From Octopus sinensis (lineage: Eukaryota): a stretch of 64,000 nt of DNA. The notes below the pieces were generated by a model. It was not told the origin of the DNA and did no database searches. It worked only from the letters and a program-made list of their open reading frames with translations. The stretch lies in assembly GCF_006345805.1 (NCBI RefSeq), contig NC_042997.1:104966001-105030000 (forward strand), in the 5' to 3' direction. A program made the translations under genes and the position numbers. Shown one piece after another: positions 1 to 11,923 of the stretch. Position 1 is the first letter of the stretch. Every line of letters starts with the position of its first letter.

Positions 1-54
<54 letters not shown>

Positions 55-240
55 CACACATATATACATATACATATATAATATGAGTGGCTATGTGCAT
101 TTACTTACAAATATACTAAGAGGGAAAGGCTGATATATATAGAAAAAGAGATGAATAGCCGAATAGATATATTGGCAATTTCAGGGAGTAAATAATCTTC
201 AGAAATTACCGGAAATGTCACCACTGTACATATACGGTAC

Positions 241-592
241 TGTGAAGGCACATGGAATTGTGGTTAGGGTATTCGTCTAACGATCGTAAAGTCGTGAGTT
301 CAATTCTCGGCGACGCGCTGTATCCTTGAGCAAGACACGTTATTTCACATTGCTCCAGTCCACTCAGATGGCAAAAATAAGCAGTACCTGTATTTCAAAG
401 GCCCGTTTTGTCACACACTGTGTTACGCTGAATCTTCCTGAGAACTATGTTAAGGGTACACGTGTCTGTGAAGCGCTCAGCCACTTGCACGTTAATTTCA
501 CGAGCAGGCTCTTCCGTTGATCGGATTAACTGGAGCCATTGTCGTCTTAAGCGACGGAGTGCAATTATTAAACCTATTCGGTATAAGAATTT
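241..592 (+). mobile_element. tRNA-derived SINE, family B
   Basis: Pol III-like head (gtggttagg...gagttcaattc) followed by core tccttgagcaagacacgttatttcacattgctccagtccactcag; the same body recurs at 10870-11128. Confidence 0.85.
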
Positions 593-981
593 TTTGAAAG
601 CGTTAGAAGTGAAATATGTAATTATGTAACGAAAGATTTCGGTGTCATGAATTTTTTAATTGAATAAAAGTAATAGAATTGAGTTTTCGCTTCTGTTTTG
701 GCGGGGGTGGGGAGAACCAAATGAATATATATAATATAAAGTAATTTAGTGGTTTCCAAGTTTATTTGTTGAAACCAAGTGCAGGAATTCCGTTGATTTT
801 ATTGTTCAAAACATTTTGTTCTATTAGCACAAGTTAAATTTTTGGAAACATCTACGAGGACACGTGTGCATTATGTTAGTTTTACTTATAGGCGATGTTA
901 GGCTATAGTGGTGATAATGAGAGGGCGGACAAATTGCTATGATTAATAAACTTACATTAGTTTTAAGCTTTTTCTTCTAAG

Positions 982-1155
982 CTAGTACCATGGCAAAGAA
1001 AGAAGAATTATACGACTGCAAAATCTATTAATAAAACAAGAGGAAGTGAAGAAATTATGTTAATATCTGGGATTGGGTGCCTAGGGTTTGCCTCAGCAAG
1101 TCTGTGCTTATATTCAACTGAACAGAAATTAGAAATAATTAATGAATTTGGAAAT
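982..1155 (+). CDS. Candidate internal coding exon of an unidentified gene (LVPWQRKKNYTTAKSINKTRGSEEIMLISGIGCLGFASASLCLYSTEQKLEIINEFGN)
   Basis: Acceptor tttttcttctaag|, donor |gtaaga, 174 nt phase 0-0, open for 58 codons in AT-rich surroundings. Confidence 0.55.
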
Positions 1156-1702
1156 GTAAGATATCTTTTACATATGTACCTAGTCTTATTCCTCTCTTAA
1201 TAAGTATAAAGACACACTTTGACTTAATGCTTATATAAACAAAGTAGTTGGCTATCTGGCAGAAAGAATTGTTAGAGCCTCCCAAAAAATACCTTATGGC
1301 ACTTGTTCCGGCTTCTTGTATTCGAATGCTACCAAGAGTTCGAGTCCCACCAAGGTCAGCCTTACCCTTCACCATACGAGTGTAGTGTGAGATCGATGGT
1401 GTCGACTAAATCAGGCCTTTGGCAAACTTCTGACAATGGAGTGCCAAAAACATTGCACGTTCCAACCTCATATAACTACTTTTAGTAATAGAGTTTATGC
1501 TTTTGAAACTTGTTATATCAGAAATCTATTTTATTAATCCTTTAATAGTTTAATGGTAACAAATAAAATTTTGTTTAAAAAAATTAATTTTAAAAAAATG
1601 TTAAAATCATAAACAACAGCAGAAAATTATAAACAAATTATAAACAACAGTTACATTAAATTTCTATAAATTAACAAGAACCTTGTCCCTGTAGATTTTT
1701 GG

Positions 1703-3900
1703 TTAATTTCTCAATATCAGGTGCATAATTTGTGACTTAGTTTTAAGCAAGCTTCCGAATGTTGAACTGTCAGACAACTTCTTTGTGGACTCAGATTTCA
1801 TATAGGAAAAAATTTGGTCGCGTGTATATGTTGAGCCAAAGGCTGAAAGCTGAGCATATGAGATTTTCTTCGAAAAATTGAATCTTTCAGGCCACGACAT
1901 CCAGCAATTAATGTTGGCAACGGACTTCTCCAAACAGCTTCTTTCAAGAGTTTTTCGTAATTCCACAAATTTTGTTTTCCACAATTCTGAAGTTATTAAT
2001 TCAATCATTTCGATTTCAAAGCTATTGTCATGCATCCACTCAAAAAGTGATAGATCACATGCGTTCGTTTTCAAATCAATCAAGTCGGCTTTGATGAGAA
2101 AGGAAAATATAGGAGCGTAAGTTTTCAAATCTTTACTTCGCTTGGAAAATTCTTCTTTCAACGTTGTAATATATTTTTGAAGTTCATTTTTATTAACATT
2201 AAATCGATTTGAACAGGCTTTTACATTTGGAAAGTATTTGTAAGTGCTGCTAAGTATATCACGCCAAAAGATATATATCAAAAAGAAATAATATAAAAAG
2301 ATATCTAATTTTAACAAAAATCTTCTCCAGTATTCAAAAAGATCAAGTACTGTTTGATCTCTCTCTTGTAAATGCTAATTTAAATCATTCAAGTATTTGC
2401 TTATGTCAGTTAGAAACATCAATTTAAATAACCAGTCTTCATTGTTCAATTCTGGGAAATGTTTCTCTTCAAGAAATATTTTGATTTCTTCCAATAATGT
2501 TACAAATCTGATCAAATCATTAAACCCAACTAAGCCAACGGACATTGCTGTGTCGTGAGAGGTCTGTATATTTGCTGTCCAATACTTGCAGAAGGGACTT
2601 GAATTGTCTGTTAGTCATTGAAGAGAGAGAAACTTTGAAGTTAACTATTTTAACAACAGTCTCCATGATAGAACTCTAGTTTTGTGACGAATATTTTGCA
2701 ACTAAATTTTTTTATTATATGATGCAGTTAAAATTCATTACATTGTGTCCAATATGATTTTCAAGAAGCTTAACAAATCCTTTTTTCCTTTCCAACCATT
2801 GCACGTGCACCATCATTAGTAATACAAAATATTTTATTTATATGAATGGTTTGATTTTCGAAATAATTTACAAATAGTCAGAATGTCCTGTAGTTGTATT
2901 GGTAATATGAATCAAACAACATAATTCTTCGTAAAACGATCATTGTTACTGTATTTTGCAACAATTGCTAGGCGCACCATGTCATTCACGTCAGTACTTC
3001 CAACGATAGTGACACTGAAAGCAGCAGCTTTTTGTAATACAACTTTTTGTTTTATTGTTATATTTTCAGCTATCTCAGCTACGGCTATCGGTTGATCTTG
3101 CAGAGCTGGTATTTACTCTCTCTTTTACTTTTTTACTTGTTTCAGTCATTTGACTGCGGCCATGCTGGAGCACCGCCTTTAATCGAGCAACTCGACCACG
3201 GGACTTATTCTTTTGTAAGCTCAGTACTTATTCTATCGGTCTCTTTTGCCGAACCGCTAAGTTACGGGGACATAAACACACCAGCATCGGCCGTCAAGCA
3301 ATGCTAGGGGGACAAACACAGACACACAAACATAGACACGGATACATATATATACATATATACGACGGGCTTCTTTCAGTTTCCGTCTACCAAATCCACT
3401 CACAAGGCTTTGGTCGGCCCGAGGCTATAGTAGAAGACACTTGCCCAGGGTGCCACGGAGAGTGACTGAACCCTGAACCATGTGGCTGGTAAACAAACTA
3501 CTTACCACACAGCCACGCCTGCGCCTTGAATTCGAGGAAGTATTGTTTCAGCTTTTGGTAAAGCACTGAATAAAATTTTAGCACTTCTCCAAATGTAACA
3601 GGTTTACCTTTCTCAGCTATACATTGAGCAATTGTGTAACTCTATTCATTGGCTTTATTTTTGGTACCAAGCATTTGAACAAAAGCAGAAGTGTATTTTT
3701 GTAACTAGAAATAGCCCTTTTTGGCTTCACGCTTCTCATCAGAGTTTTTAAATGCAGTCTGGTGTCTAGTTTGATAGTGTCTTTGTACACAGCAGAATGC
3801 ACACAGAGCACGATCATTTTGTTGTACAAATCTATACTCAGGTCTCCAGAAATCTTGAAATGAACGAACGTCAAGCTTTTGTCTTCTGTTATTTATCTTA
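1703..3900 (-). pseudogene. hAT transposase pseudogene
   Basis: N-terminal KRQKLDVRSFQDFWRPEYRFVQQNDRALCAFC...RHYQTRH...SYTIAQCIAEKGKPVTFGE (BED-finger region) and C-terminal dimerisation motif LSAFGSTYTRDQIFSYMKS; stops, frameshifts and a SINE insertion. Confidence 0.85.
3113..3525 (-). mobile_element. tRNA-derived SINE, family A (octopus OK/OR-like), inserted in the hAT
   Basis: Head ggcgcaggcgtggctgtgtggtaag, CORE-like accctgggcaagt, internal TA/TG tract, tail cagtcaaatgactgaaacaagtaaaa; about ten further copies in the window. Confidence 0.92.
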
Positions 3901-4859
3901 GGGCACTATGCATTGATAATTAATATTAACAGGTATATAAATCCTTAAAACAGATTCTACAAATAGAAATAAAAATTGAATAAAAATAATTAGAAGAAAA
4001 TAAATAGTAAAAAATATAAAAAACAAAAATGATATAAATTTGATGAATAAATTTTCGTAATAAAAATAATTATATTAAAATATAAGGTAAGAATAAACAG
4101 AAAAAAAAAGAAAGACACTCAAAAATCAGACAACTTGACTCACAAAGGAGGAATTGAAATCAAAGCAAATAAGTACATTCATGTATGTTTGTCTTTGAAA
4201 ACCCTTCTCACTACCGTTTTTTTTTCCGTTTAATACAAAACTGACCTCAGAATGAGATAATTTTAAAAGAGTCTACTTATAGATGAACCGCAAAGTAGGA
4301 TCCCCTTTTTTAGAGTTTGTTTATTTAGAATGGCCGCTGTAAGGTGGTTAACTAATTTTAACATATCATGATCTGCACTTCTAATTATAGAACTGATTTC
4401 AAAAAATAAGCGTTTGCGGCTCTAGCTCTTGGTTTAAGTAATAAAGTACATATAAATGCTTTCAGCGCCAACTTACGAACCACAAGTGGTATCCTCAGAA
4501 TTATTTGTGTTCAGTAGTACTATATTTTTAAGGAAATGTAATACTACCAAATACAGCTAACTTCAGCTAGTTTAGCTTAAAATAGATAGATCATAAAACA
4601 AGACATATAATTTAATTATTATGGTATCGTTTTCTGCAATATAGTTATAAACAAAAATTTACGTTAATTTTTTACCTAGAGGCGTGCGTGCCATTGTTAA
4701 TTGGTCCGCGTGCCTCACACGGCACGCGTGCTGTAGATTGCCGACGCCTGGACTAACCCAACTTTTCAGATGTATTAGTCATGCGACTAAGTCAGGAATC
4801 ATTCAAAAAGTTGTTTCTTCTGAGAACTTTGCAATTTGTTTATTAATAAAAGTCTAGCT

Positions 4860-5070
4860 CTAAGGTGGTGAATTGGCAGAACCGTTAACACGCCTGGCAG
4901 AATGCTTAGCAGCATCTGGCCCGTATTTCCGTTCTGAGTTCAAAATCCGCCGAAGTCAACTTTCATCCTTTCGAGTTCGATAAATTAAGAGCAAGTTAAG
5001 CACGGGTGTCTGTCTAATCGACTTATTCGCTCCTCCAAATGTTCTGGCCTTGTGCCAAACTTTAAAACCA
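4860..5070 (+). mobile_element. tRNA-derived SINE, family C
   Basis: ggtggtgaattggcagaaccgttaacacg...gagttcaaaatccgccgaagtcaactttcatcctttcga; matches the copies at 15480, 34455 and 55925. Confidence 0.85.
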
Positions 5071-5105
5071 GTACAAGTTTAAATTGAACTTGGTGAATAT
5101 TCTAG

Positions 5106-5850
5106 GCCTTGGAAATACAGGAGCTCGTTCTTCTTCGATATTTAATCAATGTAGGATAACAGGGAATTTTCATTAAGTTTACAGTGCTGCCATTGCTGGA
5201 GCCGTAAGACATTCTACCTACTCCATGTGAATTGCTTTATGACAAACCAGAGATTTGTGTCTTGAAATATGATAGGAAATATTTTGTTGAACATACAACT
5301 AATTCGGTCATCTGCAGTACTCAAATGCACACTTTCGGATACACCTGCTAAACACATACATTAGTCACAATACCACATACATTCATAGTCACAATTCCGT
5401 TGAAATGAAATACAGTTATTATAATTTGCTGTTTGTTTATATTTGTTTGTTTCTTTTTTTCCACTCTCTTCACACTCATATTAGTTTTTGTGTGCGTATG
5501 TATATGTACATTTGTGTAACACACAAATATAATAGTTTGTGTGTGTGTGATTTACATGATGTTCTTACATTCTGTTTATACGTTCTTAGTACTACTTTTT
5601 TCCCATTATTTTCTTTAGATGATATTTCTTCTTTAGCGACTACAGAATTGAGACTGAATTTATTCAAGTGTAATTTCCAAGTTACAGCTGTTTTTCCGGT
5701 TAAAATTCATTTGGATTCCAATTTATCTAACATATTCGCTCCCGAGCAGCCCTCAGTGTTTTTTCTTCACACTTATTCAGGTTTTATCTGAACTTGCTAT
5801 TGAATTTATCAAATGTTTTACCAGCCAAGCTGAAGAACACTGTTTTCCAT
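5106..5850 (+). other. Cluster of small candidate exons (5106-5150, 5185-5203, 5619 or 5637-5667, 5781-5850); frame and connectivity unresolved
   Basis: AG/GT-bounded open segments, e.g. ALEIQELVLLRYLIN (5106-5150) and VLSELAIEFIKCFTSQAEEHCFP (5781-5850, acceptor ttttttcttcacacttattcag, donor gtgaga). More than one joining scheme is possible. Confidence 0.35.
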
Positions 5851-6292
5851 GTGAGATGAAATGAAAGGCGAATCAAGTAGGAACTAGACTCGGATGGAAG
5901 CTAAGGGTGGTGTTTAGTTGCTTTGGGTATTTTATGGGACAGTGGGAGTAGAGATGGTTACGAATATGGTGATGTTGTTGGTGAATGCGATTGTTAATGA
6001 TGGCTATAGTAGTGACGGTCCATAGTGGAATGTTTATAAGTGTCGGTGTACGATTGAAGCTATATTTTACAGTCTTCGTTTATAAAATTAAAAAACAAAT
6101 TTCCAAACCCACCATCTACACTTACATGTGGCGTTATAGAAAACAAAAGTACACAGTCATGCAAACGCACGCATATATTATACACAAGCCTTTGTATGTG
6201 TATTCTTGTATGTATGCATGCATCTATTTCTCTTTGTTTGTCTGTCTTTCTTTCTCACGTTTTACACACACACTCATATATACATAAATAAA

Positions 6293-6347
<55 letters not shown>

Positions 6348-6399
6348 ATTCAATTACCGGTCTGTCGGATGCAGATGTACACCGTTGGTCACAATGCAC

Positions 6400-6555
6400 T
6401 TCCTCACATTGTTGTAGCTTTGAAATTGTACCAGTCCGTCGCAGGTTTATCCATTTTCATCTTATTGGTCTGGAGTAACGTGAAATTGTTGCTCAAGAGT
6501 ATAATGCCAGACTGAGAATCGAAAAACCGGTTTCCTAAATCACTAGGTCACACGC
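6400..6555 (-). mobile_element. Old SINE family B remnant
   Basis: ccagtccgtcgcagg...ggtctggagtaacgtgaaattgttgctcaag aligns with the copy at 29575-29833. Confidence 0.6.
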
Positions 6556-7104
6556 CTTCATAAGCACGCACACTCACACGCATATATATATATATGTATA
6601 TATATATTATATATATATATATATAATAATATATATATATATATGCGTGTGTGTTATACATATACACGCCCACCTTCAGGTTGTACTTGTGTATGTGCAC
6701 GGATCCATTTTGTGTATTTCTGAATCTGTGTCTAAAAGTAAACTGAAATCAATGTTTCCTGATCAACTGAAACACCTACTCTTCAAATTATGTTGTAATT
6801 GGCGGATTATAGCAGGAACAATAACGATGATATCCTCAACAAGAATTTTGAGACAAATTCAGTGTGATATAATTTGGCTCTTTGACATAATTGTATAGTT
6901 CATATGAATGGAGCTGGTACAGTTTCGGATTCTATTGATTCATAATTAAGGCTTGACTCCACCTGGGTCGATGGTGAAAAATATTTGCCCAATATGTCAC
7001 GCAGTAGAATCGAAACTGATATCTTAAGAGAGTAAATTGTGATTAAACATTTCTATAAATACTTATAAAAATACGTACACACGCACTCATAGATGCCCTT
7101 ATAT

Positions 7105-7391
<287 letters not shown>

Positions 7392-7473
7392 AAGTGTGGG
7401 ATAAAGAGAGATTCAAACCAGATACTTTATGAGACCAAAATATATTTATATATATATGTACGTGTGTGTGAAT

Positions 7474-7522
<49 letters not shown>

Positions 7523-8099
7523 CATACAGGCATTTATATTTTATATTTATGTGTTGTATATATAGTATGCGAGTGTGTTTATGTGTTTCTCTGTGTGTAT
7601 GCATTATTGCACGAGGGTGTACGCTTCTTGATGTCGAAGGTCGGTAAACTTTGATAAACAATGTCAGAAAGAAATCTACAACTAATTCACCGAAATGATT
7701 GCTTAGTCTTCCGGATAACTTGTTAAAGCTGATGAAGGCGGCGTTATATATTAATGTTAAGGGTGACGATATTTGGCGATGATAGTAACGGTGTTGTTTT
7801 GTAGCGAGAAGTATGGTGTTTTGTTTATTGTAGAGGCAGTGCATGATATTCAGAACACACGACAAGGGAAACGAAAATATATATTTTTTTTAAATGAACC
7901 GTAAGATTTAGAGAAGTAAAAACGGCTTATTGTTTACCAAAATAATAGCTTTTGAACAAAAACTCTCTTAGCAGTGAGTCTTTGAGCAGCTATGGATATG
8001 TATTGTCATTCTCCTACAGAACTTTAATGAATTTGTTTTGACAAGTATCATATTTGTCGACCGTTCATCGAAGGTCAAACATTAAATAAAATTTAGTTA

Positions 8100-9270
8100 C
8101 AATGGGTAGATTTTTCTCATATTAGGTGAATTAGTCGATGGCTTGATTTAAAAAATTGGCATATACATACTACACAACTTTTATCAAAAACCCATAGCAG
8201 TTAAAATAGTTTAAAAGAATTAAAGTCTTTCTTTAAACCTTTCTATAGAGAAACTCCAAATACATTTGAATATACCTTGTCATGACATGGTAGCACATAT
8301 GAGGTCAAATACTTTCCCATCTTTTTCCTACGAAATTGCATTATAGCAATTACAACTTAAATCAAACATAAACGAGAATTTAGCTAGAGTGTGTAATTTT
8401 TGGTTCAAATTACATTCAAATAGCTGTTCCAAGCACCTACGAAATACCCATCGCATCACGCTGGTGCATTCGCAAGGGTTTATTCTGTCACTGTTTTTTG
8501 CTCTGTTAGTAGTCGACTTAATTATGACGCAGTGCATGATTAACCTGGTCGCTTTAATATTAGCGGGACACACTAGACTGATGGATCTTGATTTTGCAGA
8601 CAATATCTTTCTACCCCTAAAATTATGCAAGAGATATCAGTTTTCTTCGTCTTGTAAGATCAGCTCCCAACATGGCCACATATCAGTTGCCAAGTTTCAC
8701 TAAAATCCATTAAGTTTGTCAATTCTTTTATATACGAAGTTAATAACATTGGCAGAAATGGAAAAGAAGAAATTGATGTGAATACTAGACTTGTGAAAGC
8801 GGTGACAGTTTTCCAGGATGTGAGACAGTTATGGTAATGCTCTTCCATTCATCAAATGATTAAACTTTGACTGTATGCACCTAATTTCAGTCCTACAGCA
8901 TTGAAATTCAGACAGACAGAGTTTGCAATTTGGAGATTGATTTTCATAACCAGTGCCTTAGAAATGAGGTCACTTGCTGTGACCATATCACAAACGACGA
9001 AATCACGAGAAGAGCTAGCCCAAGTAAAAACTGCAAAATATTTTCAACGATAGACGAAGAAAACTGATATTGCGCTTACCATTGAAGAGACAGGTGAAGG
9101 CACGTGTCGAGCGGACAGTTAAAAGAAGTCGAGAAAGCCATGCAGATGAACATGTAGTAAAGGATTACGCGTGAAGACTTGACCGAGATCAATATCACTT
9201 GAGAAGAAGTGTGCAGTTTGGCTCAAAATGGTATCGCCTGGAGAACTTTCATCACCCGATAAAAGTTTTC
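8100..9270 (+). mobile_element. Degenerate RTE-clade LINE (RT domain to 3' end)
   Basis: SQGFILSLFFALLVVDLIM...RLMDLDFADNI (RT QG and FADD motifs) and C-terminal EEVCSLAQNGIAWRTFI, typical of RTE ends. Confidence 0.75.
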
Positions 9271-10017
9271 CGAGCATAACGTAATAAAACCCCAGCTGTA
9301 GCAACGACCTTAATTCAAGGTTTCTAAGTTCGTCCCTATTATCAAGTTATATAATATTATGTGTCGGCTTTTTTCTATATTATCCTACTTGGTATATTGA
9401 ATTATTTTAAAAAACTTCCTTTACTCAGATTTAACATAAAAATATTCTCCATATTCTTTAGAAATGTAAAATTTCAAAATAAGAATGTCACTGATAGGAC
9501 ATCTGTTTCTTTTTTATGCTAGTGAAATAGATGCTGTCTCCTGCATATGATATGAATACCCCATTTCTGTAAAGCTGCTAATATATTTTCATGACATTGA
9601 ACACTAGTTCTGAATATTGCCATAGTGTTTTGTAAACACTACATGAGATTGTGAATACATTAAATATAATTGAGATTCATTAAACCCAAATTAATTATAT
9701 TTAATTGAAAATACTGGTAATTGTGATTATATTTTTAAGAAAAGATTAGTGTACTAAATCTCGTACAAATTTGACTGCATTATGTATGGGGCTGTCGTTT
9801 CAAACCTTAAAGCAATCTCATAGCTGATATAAAATCCGGATCAAACAAATGAAGAATTATAAAACAATTTTATGCCCGACGTTTTGTATAAATATTCTAT
9901 CGTTGTTGTTCAATAATTAATTGGTTATCTTTCTACAATACCTTCTGCAATGTTTAATTACCGCAAAATAAAATGTATCTTTGTCTGAGTATTTGGTGAA
10001 GAAATGTGTGATTTCAG

Positions 10018-10067
10018 GATTATCTACTTCAGTAGATGATCCTGAAATCCCGTTATCCTTTCACCAA
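10018..10067 (+). CDS. Candidate 50-nt exon (LSTSVDDPEIPLSFHQ)
   Basis: atttcag|...caa|gtatct; ends in phase 0, compatible with the next exon; splice sites are weak. Confidence 0.3.
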
Positions 10068-10288
10068 GTATCTGATATTTATCAGATTTTTATTCAGCAA
10101 TAATAAATAATTTTTCTTGTATTCTTTAAAAAAAAAAGTCGAGAAACAGGTTTTTCCTTTCTCTAAATTTCGGCAGATGCGATAGCAAAGGCATGTTCTA
10201 CTATTGAAACAGGGTTCTTTAACTGGTTGACGCGGTAGATATGAAAATATCAGTTTAATAACTTCAAATCTTCTAGCCTGGAAAAACA

Positions 10289-10352
<64 letters not shown>

Positions 10353-10417
10353 CTACCTATTTTCACAGTCTGTCTCCATTCCTCTCTCCTTTCCAATCTG
10401 TTTTGCTCTCTTTTTAG

Positions 10418-10516
10418 CACTGGACTTTGCCTTTATCAGTGGATTCAAGGGTCCACTTTTATGTGGAAAAGAAGAAAGGCGAGAAGGAAAATCAACAGCG
10501 ACTTCGAAGGCATAAG
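10418..10516 (+). CDS. Penultimate coding exon (HWTLPLSVDSRVHFYVEKKKGEKENQQRLRRHK)
   Basis: Long polypyrimidine acceptor ttttgctctctttttag|, donor aag|gtaagt, 99 nt, in frame with the next exon across a 74-nt intron. Confidence 0.7.
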
Positions 10517-10590
10517 GTAAGTAGATGAATTGTATGAATAGAGAGGCATTATCAACATAGGTATTACTTCTTTCTGTGTTGTCATTACAG

Positions 10591-10683
10591 CTGAAAAGCA
10601 AATATTTCGAAAACAAAAAAAAGACAACAACTCTACAACACATTTTACAAGAGCGGCGAAATGAGAAAATAAGCATCACATAA
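10591..10683 (+). CDS. Terminal coding exon (LKSKYFENKKKTTTLQHILQERRNEKISIT*)
   Basis: Acceptor ttctttctgtgttgtcattacag|, open to TAA at 10681-10683, AATAAA about 145 nt downstream. Confidence 0.65.
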   Translation: MKSKYFENKKKTTTLQHILQERRNEKISIT

Positions 10684-10827
10684 ATGATAATTTTAGAATT
10701 GTAGGGCATGATTCTAAGCATAATAATCGTGGTGTTTGCAGAAGAGAATGCCAAATAGTGAAATTCTCCGTTGAAGTGTGGCTATAATATCTTAATTTTA
10801 AACAGGACATTTCGTTGCACGCATACA

Positions 10828-10833
10828 AATAAA
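10828..10833 (+). terminator. Candidate polyadenylation signal
   Basis: AATAAA downstream of the stop of the candidate + strand gene. Confidence 0.3.
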
Positions 10834-10869
10834 CAGATTCTATATTCAGGAAACATTGTGTTACGGGTG

Positions 10870-11128
10870 TTCGGTGCGTTGTGTCCCTCAGCAAAATACT
10901 TTATTTCACGTTGCTCTAGTCCACCCAGCTGGCAAAATTGAATACTATTTTTATTTCAAATGGCCAGCCTTGCCACACACACTGTCACGCTGAAACTCCC
11001 TGAGTGCTTCGTAAAGGGTTTATATATATGTGGAGCGCTCAGCCAATTGCACGTTAATTTCACAAGCAGGCTGTTCCGTTGATCGGATCAACTGGAACTC
11101 TTATCGTTGTGACAGACGGAATGCCCAA
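10870..11128 (+). mobile_element. SINE family B, 5'-truncated
   Basis: Aligns with 320-590. Confidence 0.85.
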
Positions 11129-11865
11129 TATTCTAATGACAATATAGCAAATTGGACCTAGTCAAAAAGCACTATTTTTTATATCTAGACATCTCCCGTG
11201 CATATAACTTGTATAAAAAAAAGTCTGTTTTTGTTATACAATCTGGAAGAAATTCATAATCTCCATTTAATAGTTTCCTCCGGAGATTTCCTTCAAGTGC
11301 GGTGTAAAAGAAATTGGATTAGTATTGTTAGTGCTGTTTTTATTTTTCTGTAAAAGAGAGGAAGAAACAGATAACCCTCTAATTACAGGAAACTGTCCTA
11401 CTATGCTTATACATTAACAGCAGATTAATTTATTTCTTAATTACACGGAGGTTATTCTAGAAGAAATGAAAGACAAATGGTTTCGTAATTGAAAAGTTAT
11501 TTGCCGAGTTACCACCACGATTTTGTTAAATGTTATATGATATGAATGTAATTAAAAAAGACATCAGAAATGTTATGTAAATATAGACAGAAATTCTTAT
11601 GGCGTGGCGAGTTAATAAGTAAGAAAAACATAGTCATAAATATAATTATTTATGAGTTTAATATGCTGCAATATATTTTCTGTTAAGTTAGACGTCCACT
11701 GAGAAAGAATTATGAACTCACATATTATTCTATTGTAACTAAGTTTACGATGTTAGCATCACTATCATTAAGATACAAGTCTATCTATCTATGTCTCTAC
11801 CTCTTGCTGGGTGCGTGTACACACACAGCCGCACACAGTCAGACAAGCAGACACACACACTCACC

Positions 11866-11923
<58 letters not shown>

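Larger units (their letters stand above)
1412..4750 (-). mobile_element. hAT DNA transposon (SPIN/Buster/GTF2IRD2-like), degenerate but end-to-end
   Basis: Imperfect TIRs caggcctttggcaa (1412) and caggcgtcggcaa (reverse complement, ending 4750); flanking 8-mers gactaaat/gactaacc fit an nnnTAnnn hAT TSD; subterminal GGCACGCG repeats. Confidence 0.85.

Noticed and set aside
1703-2317. 204-aa ORF as a host gene (GTF2IRD2/ZBED-like)
   Set aside because: It lies in a TIR/TSD-bounded hAT, and the rest of the transposase is broken.
5405-5791. 128-aa ORF as a single coding unit
   Set aside because: The first half is low-complexity TG-rich sequence; only short AG/GT-bounded parts are plausible.
6418-6444. 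27-nt exon candidate (SLKLYQSVA)
   Set aside because: It lies in a degraded SINE B remnant.
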